A stretch of DNA of 64,000 nucleotides from Perkinsela sp. CCAP 1560/9 (Eukaryota; Protista; Euglenozoa: Kinetoplastea): the NCBI GenBank assembly GCA_965644495.1, contig CBFFSA010000010.1:372001-436000 (forward strand), read 5' to 3'. The notes beneath the pieces are model-generated. The model worked only from the letters and a program-made list of their open reading frames with translations, searched no databases and was not told where the DNA came from. This document shows, piece by piece, positions 32,276 through 44,672 of this stretch (the first letter of the stretch is position 1; every line of letters begins with the position of its first letter). The position numbers were made by a program, and so were the translations under genes.

Positions 32276-35200
32276 CTTTGTACTAAACTTATCTTTCGGA
32301 GCATGATCTCTAATGTCACACCCCCAGCTCCCCACGCGCACGACGGCCTCCCTCGAGGACCTGTCAGCGCGAAGCGACACCCCCAGAACTTTCACTTCGT
32401 CCGAAGTCGTGCGGTGCCAGTGAAGATCCGCCCCTCTGATGGCTTTTCATGGTCCTATTTTCCCGACACGCACGCCGCAGCCATCACCCTTACCGAACGA
32501 GAGTTTTTCTCAAGCACGCACACAGCAGAAGCTTCCCTCGGAAAAACCCTGAAGTCGGGAAGCAAAAGGAGCGATGGTCCGATAGTACAAACGTGTACCA
32601 CTCAAGATGTCATCGAGAACGATGCATGCGAGTACGTTGAGTACCATGAAATTGGAAACCTTAGTCGCACATTTCATCACACGAGCTGGAGCTCTGCTTA
32701 TACAGACCCCGACATGCAGCTTGACACAGAATACTCCTCCTCGAACGCGCTTGGCAAAGCCGTCACAAAGAAATTGCGCGGCGGTGACATGCCAGGCTTA
32801 CGACGATTCCGCATATCACACGTGACCCGTAAGGCCCAACCCATTGAACAACTCCAACGTTGCTCGGAGGTCACATACGACGCGCCATATAGAATCCGTG
32901 ATGCTCCCGTCAAGGTGTCAAAACTACCGCCCACTAAACCAAGTGTCCCTTGTGCCCATAAATGCCGGGACAAAGCAGCATGCCTTCACGTATGTTGCAA
33001 AGTGAAACCCGAAAGGTCTGTGCATCCTAGCGTCCCTCCTCCCTCTTCGGAAGCCGTGGCTATAGACAGTTCACTAGCTCCCGGCAGAAGGCCCTGTAAG
33101 CATACGTGCCGCGACAAGACAAATTGTTTGCACCAGTGCTGCAAAATAGGAGTCCTCATTACGGGTGCTACTGAAAATCCTCGACCAGAACGGCACCTCG
33201 GGGAGTCATCACTAACACGGTCACATAGTCCACATCGATAGAAACCGATCCGCAAGTCTCGACAGAGGCCATACCGAGCGAAGAGGCCCAGTATGAGGAT
33301 CTGCCAACCGGTCATCCGCCGTCGTCCGCCATAATATCAGCAAACACGGCCAACTATCACCCGTGTCGGCACATACAATAAGTATGTATGCAGCAATAAA
33401 ACTCAGTGCAAACACCAATGTTGCAAGACAGGGGTCATGATCGTCGAAGAAAACGGTCAGAATCGAATATGGTCACTCAGGAATTTGTTTACGAGGACAT
33501 CTCCTGCCGATGCTAGCATAATATCACCACAGAATCACCCTAGCTGGCCATCCGAGACAGGAAACTTGAGCGGTACGCAGGCTGTAAACCACGAACTCTC
33601 TCATACACGCACTTCCCCGGAACCTCATGTTAGTAGAGATGGCAATATCCCCCCTGAATCAGTCCCTCGCCGTAATTGCGCACATAAATGTAAAGACAAA
33701 ACCAAATGTAAGCATTCATGTTGTCAAAAAGGAGTTCTCCTCAAAGCTGGCGAAATCGCATACTCTGCCATAAGCTGGACGGCGAAAAATATTCTATTCC
33801 CTGCGCTTGGTGATGCCGAACGCGCTGCAGTTTCTTCACAAGCTTCGGAACCGCCCGCCCCAGTCGTGACACCCCGCCTACCAGTTCGCACCAACTCCCT
33901 GCCCCGCACGAGTCCACTGTCCAGCCCTCTACGACATTTCCCACCAGCCCACGAGACGCAACCGGATTCCTCACCTTCTGTACCACGTATGGAATCCGTA
34001 GCAGAACCCGCGCCTTTGCCTTTGCCTTTACCTTTACCTCCCCCACCGGAAGTAAATCGCAGACGCACGACACTGCAGAGGATCCCTCGATCCCAGCACG
34101 CCCCAGCCCCAACCATTCATCCCATTCCTGACCTGCAGAATCTTCTCGAAACATTTGACACAATAACGGGAGGACGAGTTCTGGTACGTTTTACAGAGGA
34201 ACAGTGGGGCAATAGTATTGCGAAAATTGAGGAACGTTGCAACTTGTACGTGCACCCAGCGCGAAACGATGAGGATGCCCTGTCTCAAGCTAAAACATTA
34301 TCCGCGATCCTCGCCGTAACCGTCTTTGAAGCCGCACGGGAGAGCGACCCGACACACCGCTTTCTCCTGCGAACCAGAGCTGGCAGAGCCAGAAGAAACT
34401 CACGGCCCTTGGCCATCGAACGTACCACGAAGAGGCTTCGCACACATGTTCGTCAACTCAAACGTGCACTTACCTTCATGAAGGGGGCCGCGAGAAACAA
34501 GCAGCGAGGAGAAATTAAGGAAGCAGAGAAAGCGTTGAAGTTGTACGTGGAGGAAGCCAATCTACAGAAGAGGGAAATCGATCGACGATGGGCATTAACT
34601 CGGTTCCAGAGAAACCCGTGGACAGCTGCGGGCGAATGCCTAGATCGCACTGACCCAATCCAGGGACCCGAGACGTCTTACCCTACAGTACCTCTTCAAG
34701 AGGTTGAGAACTTCGCGGCATCATTGTCAAAACCTGAAGAGAATCACAGCATACCCCCCGCCGAGTTCTTCGGACCACGGCCTGACATCGACATGCCATG
34801 GTCGGATATTGACGCCGAAATGATAGCATCTGCTGTATCTTCCAAGCGCTCGGGCGCTGCTCCTGGATCAGACACTGTATCAAACGCTCTACTCAAGCGT
34901 TGTAGCCCTATCTTTGTCCACATAGCTCAAGTATTCAATGATATCCTTAAATTCGGGGTTTGCCCCCCCACCTGGAAATCTGCCGTAACTCGCCTCATAC
35001 ACAAAGGAGGTCCTACATCAACTATGGAGAATTGGCGGCCGATAAGCTTAACTAGTTGCATAAGGAAACTTTTCCATTCAATCCTGAGCCACCGAATCCT
35101 TCAACATTCCTTGGATTCTCATGCGCTCGATACATCAGTACAAAAAGGATTTCTACCACACATGAATGGGACCGTCGAGCATACACAAGTCTTATGCGAG

Positions 35201-35910
35201 CTCCTTGAACACCAACGACGTCACAAACGGCAATACTTACTGGCACAGTTCGATATCAAGAACGCTTTCGGATCTATCCCCCACGCAGTACTGTTACAAT
35301 CCCTAAAATGGGCCCGTGTCTCCCCAATTCTAATTAACTATATCAGCGCGCAGTATAAAGGAGCATCTATTCAAATCAAGTGTGCTGAAGGCCTTACGAA
35401 GTCGATCGAGATCGGCCGTGGAGTATTACAAGGAGATACACTGTCGCCGATCTTATTCAACTTGGCAATGGAATTGGTTCTTCGCTTCATCCGTTCAAGT
35501 TGCCCACAGTACGGAATCACTTGGGATGGAAAGGAAACCTTTCTGAAGGCCTTTGCTGACGACCTCAGTATACTCACGAACACACCAAAGGAAATGCAAA
35601 TTGCCACGAACGTACTGGTCAAAGTTCTAGGCGACATCGGAATGAAATTGAACGCAAAGAAATGTTGGATTCAACACATGGCAATGACTCAAGACTCAGG
35701 CTACATGACAAGACGACCGCAGATAATGATTGACGCAACACCTATTCCTCAAATATGCGATAATGGTAGCACATTCCTGGGTATGACTCTCGCACCTGGT
35801 GCCCAGCATGGTAAAATTCTGTTCCTAAAGCTACGCAATCGACTCCGTACCTGGTTACGCAACATATCTTCCAGCGCCCACGACCTACCCGCCCGACTCT
35901 GGATATACAA

Positions 35911-36813
35911 ATTTTCTTTTTTAGGCTCTTCGTTAAACGCGGTGGTTGCTTTCAACTTAGAAGTCACTCATGCTGCGCGCTTCGCGTTGAAAACTACCGC
36001 CGCGTTTAACGAAGAGCCTAAAAAAGAAAATTTAACCTGGAAAACGGAAAGATTATAGCCAAAAATAGCCGAATTTCGGGTACAAATGGGGTCATTTTCG
36101 CATATTTTTGCTCTCAGAGCACTAAATCCGACATTTGCGCGTGGGAAATCACTCGCAGGCATGAATGAAAGCCTACCGAACGTATTCGGTAAAGAATACG
36201 ACTCCAACCATACCATTCTTTCGACACAAAAATGCCCCTTTAGGTCCGAAAAATACTTTTTCACCTTTTTTAGTCAAAAATGTGTCATTTTGAGGGGCGC
36301 ACCACGGTTCGAAGAAGTGATACCTTGCGAAAACAACTGCGTAGAAAGCTAGTGTAGGTCCCAAACTATCAAAATACAATAGGGGAAACGATTTTGGAAA
36401 AATATTTTTTTTGTCATTTTTTTCGCCAAGTTGAATTTTTTTTCAAAAAAATTTTTCCGAAAAAATCCGAACTTGGCGGACCCGTCATGCGGATACGCGG
36501 GGGGGTCACCCCCGGGTAGGGGGGTGGAAAATACGCGCCAAGACCCCGGCTACCCTTTCTGCGGTTTTTTTTCGAAAACTAATTTTTTCGAAAAAATTTG
36601 CTCGACCATGCCCCCCCCCCCTGGACCCCCCCTCTGGACCCCCCCCATGGACCCCCCATTTTTTTCAAATTTTTTTTTCAGTTTTGGTCCACCGGAGCCC
36701 CCTTTTATATTTTTTTCTTCTATTATATTACTGTGTTCCTCTTTATATTTTCACTGTTTTTGTTCACTTTTTTTTCAATAATCGAGTGTAGAGCGGTAGT
36801 TTTACAACCACCG
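35911..36813. mobile_element. Non-coding insertion with terminal fold-back inside LINE copy 2
   Basis: RT frame WIY|..|NNGIISRLR is split, with caa repeated at both junctions. ~125 bp palindrome at the left end. Confidence 0.75.
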
Positions 36814-37902
36814 CAATAATGGTATTATCTCCCGCCTTCGCTACTCTTTTTTTGTCAATTCATGTCTGACTTTTAACCACGTTCTGCGCCTCCAGCGATG
36901 CGCTACAAATGAAATCAGAAAATGGTTAAATGTAGCAAAATCCGCGACAAGCGAACTGTTGTACACCGAGCATGGTTGGAACCTCGTTCAACTCACAATA
37001 ACGTACTACGACTTCTCGACAGTGAATATGAGAGGCATCTTTCGGAAGCCGTGCAAAGGCGCACTTTAGTTGCGGGAAGATGGTTCCGCGTAGCGACGGA
37101 AGCAGACCTCGCGAGGGACTTCGCTGCCGCCCTATGTAATCTCAAAAGCGAATCGCTATCACGATTTACGGCTTCCGTACTCACAGGAACGCCACTCCCC
37201 ACTAGAGTGTCTCTCCGCAAATGGGGCGTATCGACACACACAAGCGACAAGTGTCCCATCTGCGATACTGAAACGCGAACCGCGCGACATATTCTCTCCG
37301 GGTGTAGAAAAGCACTCGAGCAAGGACGATATACTCTGCGACATAACATGGTGCTACAAGCCCTCGCAAACTCTGTGCAGAAATTCCAAGGGACCAGTCT
37401 AGTCACTTTGACCTCCCTCACTTTCGCTCTACCCCTCCGTGGCTCACGGAACTCGACACCGAGCTGCGACCGGATGGGTGGGTGAAAATGTCCAACGGGG
37501 AGCAGTATATTATAGAATTGACGTGCCCCCTGGGAGGAAAATTTTGTCTACGCACACGAACGAAAAACTGCCTAGTACACAAATCTCTACCATTCCCGCA
37601 AGCTCACAAACCCGAGCACTTTCCTACTCGTTTTCGAAGTCGGAGCGAGAGGAAAAATAAGCAGTGCTGGTCGAACTCTGAACTCTCTATTTATGGGTAA
37701 TGATGAGCTGGTGGCTGAGTGCCGGCGCAATATGACCGTGAAGGCTCTGAGAGGGAGCTTCATAGTATATCAAAACCGCAATGACCAAAATTGGATGGAG
37801 GAGAACGTTCTTGGTGACGCTGGATAGAAACAGGTGACTAAAACGCGTTTTGTGCGCGTTTTCACCACATAAATCTCTGCAGGATTACCTGTATGATACA
37901 AT

Positions 37903-37965
37903 ATATTTCATCACAATAAGTTCAGTGGTATACTGGATCTCACATCACTCCCTGCAAATTCACAG
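37903..37965 (+). pseudogene. LRR continuation downstream of LINE copy 2
   Basis: IFHHNKFSGILDLTSLPA aligns with NIRANQFNGALDLTSLPV, the next residues in the paralog. Confidence 0.8.
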
Positions 37966-38454
37966 CGTTCGCAAAAAAAATGTGAATTTTTTATTGTGCA
38001 AAAATTTTCAAATGTTGTGTAATGTATACATGTATACATGTTTGTGTAATGTATACATTACATTGTATGTGTACTGTATATGTGTATATTCGGACCTGTG
38101 GTAAGTACTCATAAAGTATTGCGTTTGAAAAGTAAGTTAAACACAAACAAAAAAGGATTTAGATACAACCATTCAGGACTGCTAAAGAGAACCAGGGGGA
38201 ACTAACCAGGAACTGCTAAAAAACTGGGCGGGTACAAGACCCTGGGTCACGATAGCATACTCCCTCCGGTAATGGTACGAGGTCACAGGTATGCTAAACC
38301 GAACCCTCGTTTAAGTTAGAAAGATTTCGTTTTAGAATTTGGGCAAAGAAATTAAAAAAAATACATTTTTAAAAAGGTTGCACAATAAAAAAATCACAAA
38401 TTTTTGTTTTCCTGCTTTTTACATCGTACACTGAATTCACTGTTTTTCTTTTTT

Positions 38455-39117
38455 ATGTGGTGCTATCGTAAAAGTGTTTCCTTTACACTCAGCAAAGACG
38501 CGTCCTTGTCTCGTCCTGCCAAAGTAAAAGGCTCATTTTTTCCGCAGGAATATAATTTGGTACGATTCTTCGCCAACATTTCGAATCCGGATGAGACATG
38601 GACAACGAACACGACTGCGTGTGAATGGTTTGCGGTACAGTGTAATACGAACCAACGAGTGGAATCCTTTCGATTGGGCTCAGAGGATCCCCTTGACTGG
38701 CACCACGCCGATAAATATGTTGGGACATTTACATGGATTCACATGCCAGACACAATACAATCATTTCGAACAAATAAACAAATTCGAATTACTGGCACGT
38801 TGCCTATTGTGGAACTCGCTGCCTCGCTGAAATATTTCGTTGTTGCCAGCTGCAGTTTATTTGGCTCTGTAGATTTGACAGTGCTACCGTTCAATTTAGT
38901 TTTTCTGAATATTCGTGCAAATCAATTCAATGGTGCCCTGGATCTAACCTCACTACCTGTACAGTTCCGCTACTTAGATCTTGGAAATAATTTGTTTAGT
39001 GGACCAGTAGATTTCTCAAGGCTTCCAGCTAAAATGAAATGTCTACGTTTGACCGGAAATAATATTTATTTACCATCGAAGATGTCACCACAGTTAGCAA
39101 ATGTATTACTTTTGTAA
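38455..39117 (+). CDS. LRR-only protein, ~220 aa
   Basis: RPAKVKGSFFPQEYNL N-cap, TACEWFAVQC and LRRs. First in-frame ATG at 38455. Confidence 0.88.
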   Translation: MWCYRKSVSFTLSKDASLSRPAKVKGSFFPQEYNLVRFFANISNPDETWTTNTTACEWFAVQCNTNQRVESFRLGSEDPLDWHHADKYVGTFTWIHMPDTIQSFRTNKQIRITGTLPIVELAASLKYFVVASCSLFGSVDLTVLPFNLVFLNIRANQFNGALDLTSLPVQFRYLDLGNNLFSGPVDFSRLPAKMKCLRLTGNNIYLPSKMSPQLANVLLL

Positions 39118-39261
39118 ATAGTGAGAATGCTATTCTCTCATTCTAAGTATTTAATCACCAATATTTTAACTACTATTGCACAGGGAAGCATCGCCCTAAA
39201 GATTTACCTCACCCTTGGTGTTGGGCGTCGTGTTTTTTTGACGCCAGGTGAGTTAGCTCGG

Positions 39262-39335
39262 TCCGGTGCGGGCGTAGTTGGTAGACGATGGGCCTTACAA
39301 CCTGCATGTTGGGGGTTCGATTCCCGCTGTCGGCA
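39262..39335 (+). tRNA. tRNA-like pseudogene / SINE head (possible Val-TAC origin)
   Basis: ggcgtagttggta D-loop/A-box, cttacaa loop and ggttcgattccc T-arm. Acceptor and anticodon stems pair poorly; downstream sequence resembles SINE-B. Confidence 0.5.
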
Positions 39336-39858
39336 AACTTGCAACCTGGCGACCTCACTATAAAGGGACTGGTCAAGAGTGCCTTCAAGGCCCACGCCCA
39401 AACCTGCTCTCCTAGAGGACCGATCCGGAACCGCCGAGCTGAACCAGGCTCCAGCGCACCGGACTCCAGGAGCTTACACAAAGGAGACTTGAGACACAGC
39501 CTACACGATGCAACGGGTTGGACGTCCGTCCTGGTAGCTACGATGGGGTTCTAGAAACAATAACAGCGAGGGAAAATCCCACTATGAGCCCCCTTTAATA
39601 TGGACCCCTCTGATCCCCCCTTCACAACATTTTTTGATTGAGAAACGTTTTTCTATTTTTTATTTTTTCTTTCAATTTCTTTAGGATTTCATTGTAAAAG
39701 AAATTTATTAGAAGTTTGTTGCATCTACATCATTATTTTTCTGTTTTTTGTGCTGCGTTAAATCTTATCCACCTACTCTCACAGCCGCCCTCTGCCTTAA
39801 GTTTTTTGTTGTTTCATCTTTTTATATTACCTCTTCTTCTTTTACTCCCTTTTCCTCC

Positions 39859-40407
39859 ATGCGCGGCTTCGGAGGCTACTGCGGGAGTACTTTTCACTCC
39901 GCCACCACCTACCGGCGCTACGTCCACGCCGCACGCCTCTTCTCCACCCTTCTGGACGCCTCGCGTCGTCCATTTTCCTCACACCCTCCGATGAGGTCCT
40001 CTCGAGCCTTCTCTCCCCCCTCCCCCCTTTGGGGTTCCCCCCTCCAAAGGCTCAGCAGCGCTACCTCTGCCTTATCCCGCCACAGCGCCCTGGTCCAACC
40101 CCCGGGGATGTCCCGAGGGGAGTGCCTGGCGCTGCAATGGCCGGGGCTCTCCGGGAAACAGACCCAAGCCCTCGGGACCTCCTCCGGGCTTCTTCTGGCC
40201 CTTCTGAGAGGCCTGGGGTCGAAGTCCGCTGGGAGCGGACCCGGGGGTGTGGGGCTTACAGCGCCCGGAGACCTTGTGGCGCTGTCCGCCGCAGAGGGGG
40301 GGTGTGCGATGGTGGGGTCGGTTTCGTATTTCGACCTTGCCCTACTGTGGGCGGTAATGGGTAATACGTTTGGACGTATGTGTATAATGGAATCTATGCA
40401 CGTGTGA
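39859..40407 (+). CDS. Hypothetical GC-rich protein, possibly mitochondrial
   Basis: Open GC-rich frame after a polypyrimidine tract; R/S/A-rich N-terminus. No family recognised. Confidence 0.5.
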   Translation: MRGFGGYCGSTFHSATTYRRYVHAARLFSTLLDASRRPFSSHPPMRSSRAFSPPSPLWGSPLQRLSSATSALSRHSALVQPPGMSRGECLALQWPGLSGKQTQALGTSSGLLLALLRGLGSKSAGSGPGGVGLTAPGDLVALSAAEGGCAMVGSVSYFDLALLWAVMGNTFGRMCIMESMHV

Positions 40408-40786
40408 GATCCAAAAAAGAATGGTGGGGGGGTGAGAAGTAAAAGGGGTGGGTTTGGAGTGCCTGGGTGGAAGAGCGTCATGGTAGCGTGTTGCAATATG
40501 GTGGGGGATCGATGAGAACGAGGACAATTTTGCGGGTATACCACATGTTTTATGAGACCTGTCGGCATAAGTTTCGAATACATATGATCTTTATGTACTT
40601 ATCTTAACGATTAACCTTAAATCAGAGTGCCGACATTATGTAGTGTATGCATCTGCGAAAAATATAGAAAAGTGATCAAAAAAAAGTTCAATTTCGGTTT
40701 AACAAACTCACAGTATAGAAAAGAGAGACCGCAGATATTATTTACATAGTGACTTTGGGCGACTATCTATCATTTTGAACAGAAGA

Positions 40787-41250
40787 ATGGATCCTGGTTC
40801 AAGCTCCAACGCCGCTCGCATCAGATAAGCTTCCCCTACTGGTCCTGTAGGGATTGTTCCTCCGGTCTGGAGGAACAAAACAGAAGATATCGGACGTCTT
40901 CTCGATATCTTCTACATGAAAGACCCGCGCCCGTGTGCGCACCTGGACCGGAGTAACGTATAATGAGCAACAAGAAGTTAAACCAGATTTTAATCTTTAG
41001 TGTTATTTCCGGTAAACTTCGGTGTGAATTTCTTCCCAAGTCTTTGGCGAAGCTTATTTTGAACTCTAATCAGCTACGTGGAAACTATTCGCAACGGTTT
41101 AACGGTTTCTCAGGTGCGGTTTGTTTGACCATGCTGACCCCCCACGCTTGTTTTGAATATCTATTCCGACCCCAGACTTCGGACAGAAAACAGTTTGGAT
41201 CATATTTCTCAAGGAACTAGCATCTTCATGATGAAATCACTCCGTGGTCT
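40787..41250 (+). pseudogene. Decayed LRR gene
   Basis: MDPGSSSNAARIR* start resembles MDSGMSVRAARVR; ISGKLRCEFLPKSLAKLILNSNQLRG follows. Confidence 0.7.
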
Positions 41251-41409
41251 CCACTTTAGAAAGAAAACAAAATACACTTCACAAATTTGTTGTGTACAAA
41301 ATACACTACAGTGTTAAACATTGTATAAAAAACCCTTGCAACTAAAAAATATAATGTACCCCCCCTAGTTATCTGTCGCTACTTTTCGAGAAAAGGTGAG
41401 AGATAAGAT

Positions 41410-41845
41410 TATTCATGACGTTCGACAACGGACGGGGGCCAGACATCTGTTTCCAGCTGGGACGGAAGATCGTCCTGGTTGACGCCACAGTTGTGAACCC
41501 ACTGACCCCGTCGTACGTGGAGAAGGAGGCCGCGGAGCCATCCCACACGTTGAGGATGGCTGAGGCCAACCAAAGGCGCTCTCATGAGGAGATGGCGTCG
41601 GTGAGGGGCATGGATTTTGACCCCCTGGCCTTCTTCACCTACGGGATCCCGGGCCCATAAACCTTGACCTTCCTCAACAAGGTGGCCCGGCACTACACAT
41701 CCGACAAGAACGGGTGTTTCGCCCATCTCTTGATGGTCATCGGGGTGGCCATCCAGAGAGGGAACGCCCAGATTGTGCAGGCGGCGGTACAGGACTGGCG
41801 TAGGCTTCCGGTGGGCCTAGGGGGTGCACACCAAAAAAGAAAATT
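41410..41845 (+). mobile_element. 5'-truncated CRE-like LINE 3' end (RLE domain)
   Basis: RGPDICFQLGRKIVLVDATVVNP...FDPLAFFTYG...IGVAIQRGNAQIV followed by an A-rich tail. Confidence 0.85.
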
Positions 41846-42149
41846 AACATTTTATCCTAACAACTTACATACATGTATGTACCATACCTGTGACCTGATG
41901 TCAAATTAAGGCCGCCGAGAAATGTCAGACAATTCACGATTTTTATTTTTTAGGCTTCGTTCCAACGGAGTTTTTTAGGCTTCATTCCAACGGAGTTTTT
42001 AGGCTCATTCGTTCTAACGGAGTTAGACCTTGTTGTGCAGAGTGGTGTTGATGGACTTATGATTTCCTTTCACAGATAATCGAATCTACATGTATATCGT
42101 GTTTTAGTATTCATTAATGCCCGCACCCGGTCTAAGTATAGTGAAGACA

Positions 42150-43130
42150 CTTCTTTGGCATGCAACGGTACGTCTTCCATCAACTACGGTGTCGGACGCT
42201 CGGTTTTCCTGTACATACGTGACCAAACTCTTTTAGAGTTCCACGTGTGTCCTGCGTTGATGTTTCGTATTGCGCCCCGATGCGCTCTAACTTTGTGTTT
42301 CAGTTTGGACTATGCCTACTACCCGTTCACAGGCCGCTACACAAGCACAAGGAAGAAGGAAGAACTTTCAGTTTGTTGCTCGCCACCTCCTCCATCATAG
42401 CTCGCACCGCTCCATGTTTTAGGCTGTGGGATGAGTATCCCGTTCCCAATTGGTCCCGAAGAAACTTGGAAACATCCTCCGGAGTAACCCTGCTGAACTG
42501 TTGTGCCATATTGTTGTTCTTCAAAAGACGGTATGATTCCTCCATAAAGTCCCCCTCGATCACCGTAAAATTTACAGTGAAAAATTTACTGATGCATTTA
42601 GTAAATGCATCCGGTCGGAATGGGTCGGCCCGAGAGGACTTTGTTTTTTGACCCCAGTGGATGGCGATCCGGTCCGGACGCAAGGTAATGACATATACCT
42701 TCTTCCTTCTTGAGTCATCTCCTTCTAGCAGTCTTCGCAAAGTTCGCATAGAACACAAAAATTTCCATCGATGCAGCTACTTTAAGTGCCCTCTCCAGGA
42801 AGGAATGCTGTAAGTCATTTCTCTTACACCGTCATCAATTAATTTTAGTCCTGTTTCCTTGAGAAGGGGAGTAGAAACAAGAGATGTACGCAAAGAAATG
42901 GGACTTCCGACATCCCCAGTCGCACATGGCGCTCAATCCATCGCTTTACAGTGCCTTCGTGCACCCCCAAGTTCTGAGATGTTCAGGAGAAAGACTGTGT
43001 TTGCTCATAGTCTGCTACTAAAAGCATTCTATGACTCTCCTTGAGCCTTGCGGGGGAAGAATAGGATCGAGCAGACAGTGTACCGCGCGATGTCCTCGAG
43101 CGAACTCGCTTTTGTGGCATAAAAACGGTT
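42150..43130 (-). mobile_element. TATE-like tyrosine-recombinase remnant
   Basis: LRPDRIAIHWGQKTKSSRADPFRP...GYSSHSLKHGA (HSxKxGA box); homologous to 24450-25200. Confidence 0.72.
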
Positions 43131-43595
43131 TATTAAAAAGGGAGAAAAGGGGAGAAAAATTGCCGAATTTTCACATGAAAAAAATAATATTTTTTTCGCC
43201 GGATTAAATTGTTTAATTTGAGCGGTCCGAATAAGCCAAAGACATACAACTCTGCGAGAACATCTTCGAGACATACAACTCTCGAATGCGCTATTATTTT
43301 ACAAAATTGAACAAATTTTACAAATTTTAGGCCGCCTCCAGGTTCAAGTGCCACAGTGCGTATAGTATAGTCCCATTTTCTCCTCCCTTATATTAATCTT
43401 CTCACCCACTTACCAATTACTTTCGCAAGCTCTCATAATCCGCATTTCAGCGTCCACTGAATGTGCGGTGGATGACCTCCACCGACCTACATGTAGATCC
43501 ATAGCTTCTTTTATTTGCTCTGTTAATCATGTTCCCTGTTTTCTACTTAAAAAAAATTTAAAGTACGGATCCGTGTTTTTATTAGGCGGGTTATA

Positions 43596-44526
43596 AACCC
43601 CTCCGCATCAAAAAGGCACCCACCCTTATTTTTTGCGCGAGGGGGGCTTGGGGGGTTATCGCACCACTTTATCGTGCAAAATTTTGAGATCTGTTCGCTC
43701 CCGTTTTCTTTAGGTCATGTCGAAAAATAAATAGAAAATGAATTTATATTTTAAAAAAATTCACTTTTCATGCCAAGAAATACGTATCGACTTCCCAGGG
43801 GTGGTCTTACAGAAAGTGGAAAAGTGTTATTGCGCATGAGGCTTGGCCAAGGGGTTGCGATAAGGCAAGTAGCCCGCGAGTTTAATGTCAATGTGAAATA
43901 TATTCGAAAATATTTGAAAAACAATTCGCCTGAAAATGTTTATACTCTGAGCCCTGAAGTAAAAAACAGAATCAAAAGACACCTTGTTCTCCCACCCATC
44001 TCAATTACATGTGTTTCGTACATTAAAACATTAAAAAAAGTATCATTCCCCTCAAACTGTATTTTTCAGCAAGATGGGGCAACACCTTAGACTGCCAAGG
44101 AAACAAAAGCGTGCCTTGAGGACGGCAACATGAAATTATTTAAAAATTGTCCGCTCAGCTCCCACGATCTCTCACCAATAGAAAGCGTGTGGAGCATGGT
44201 ACAAAATCTTGTAGATGAATACAATCCTGCAACTAAAGAAGATCTCATAAAAAGCGTACGTAAAGCTTGGCGGAAATTGCCTCAAGAATATATTGATGAT
44301 TCGGTTTAGAGCTTCGATGCTCGCCTCAAAGCTTGTGTGGCGAGTAACGGAGAAAAAGTGACAAAATGGTAATCTCTACCTAAAATATACGTATTCGTTT
44401 CTTTTTGTCTCATTTCTTCACGCGCAAAGTCTTTGTGTTGAGATCTGCAAAATGCAACAAAAATCAGCCCAAACGGACAATTGGCTGAAAAGTTAAGGGT
44501 GGGTGCCTTTTTGGTGCGGGGGGGTT
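43596..44526 (+). mobile_element. Tc1-like DNA transposon, internally deleted
   Basis: ~33 bp TIRs aacccc(t/c)ccgca(t/c)caaaaaggcacccaccctta with TA flanks. Encodes an HTH plus FQQDGATP*...SHDLSPIESVW...RLKACVASNG. Confidence 0.92.
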
Positions 44527-44672
44527 TAATTCATTACGTAATCCATATAACGTGTGGGGTAATTATTATCTCCAGAAGGGGACGACAGCACACCACTGCT
44601 TTCAAATTCACCGTTAACTCACAGATACAGTTTGTTTTATGCTACTAAAGCGAAATAGCTTTACACACGGAA

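Larger units (their letters stand above)
32246..37900 (+). mobile_element. RLE-type LINE copy 2 (divergent subfamily; frameshifted, interrupted)
   Basis: ORF pieces 32303-33241, 33437-35910 and 36814-37827 carry Cys/His motifs, ENWRPISL, FDIKNAFGSI, QGDTLSP, FADD, CPIC..HILSGC, GRYTLRHN, RPDG. Two 3' hairpins. Confidence 0.93.

Noticed and set aside
39262-39335. Functional tRNA-Val
   Set aside because: Acceptor and anticodon stems are mismatched, and it continues into SINE-like sequence.
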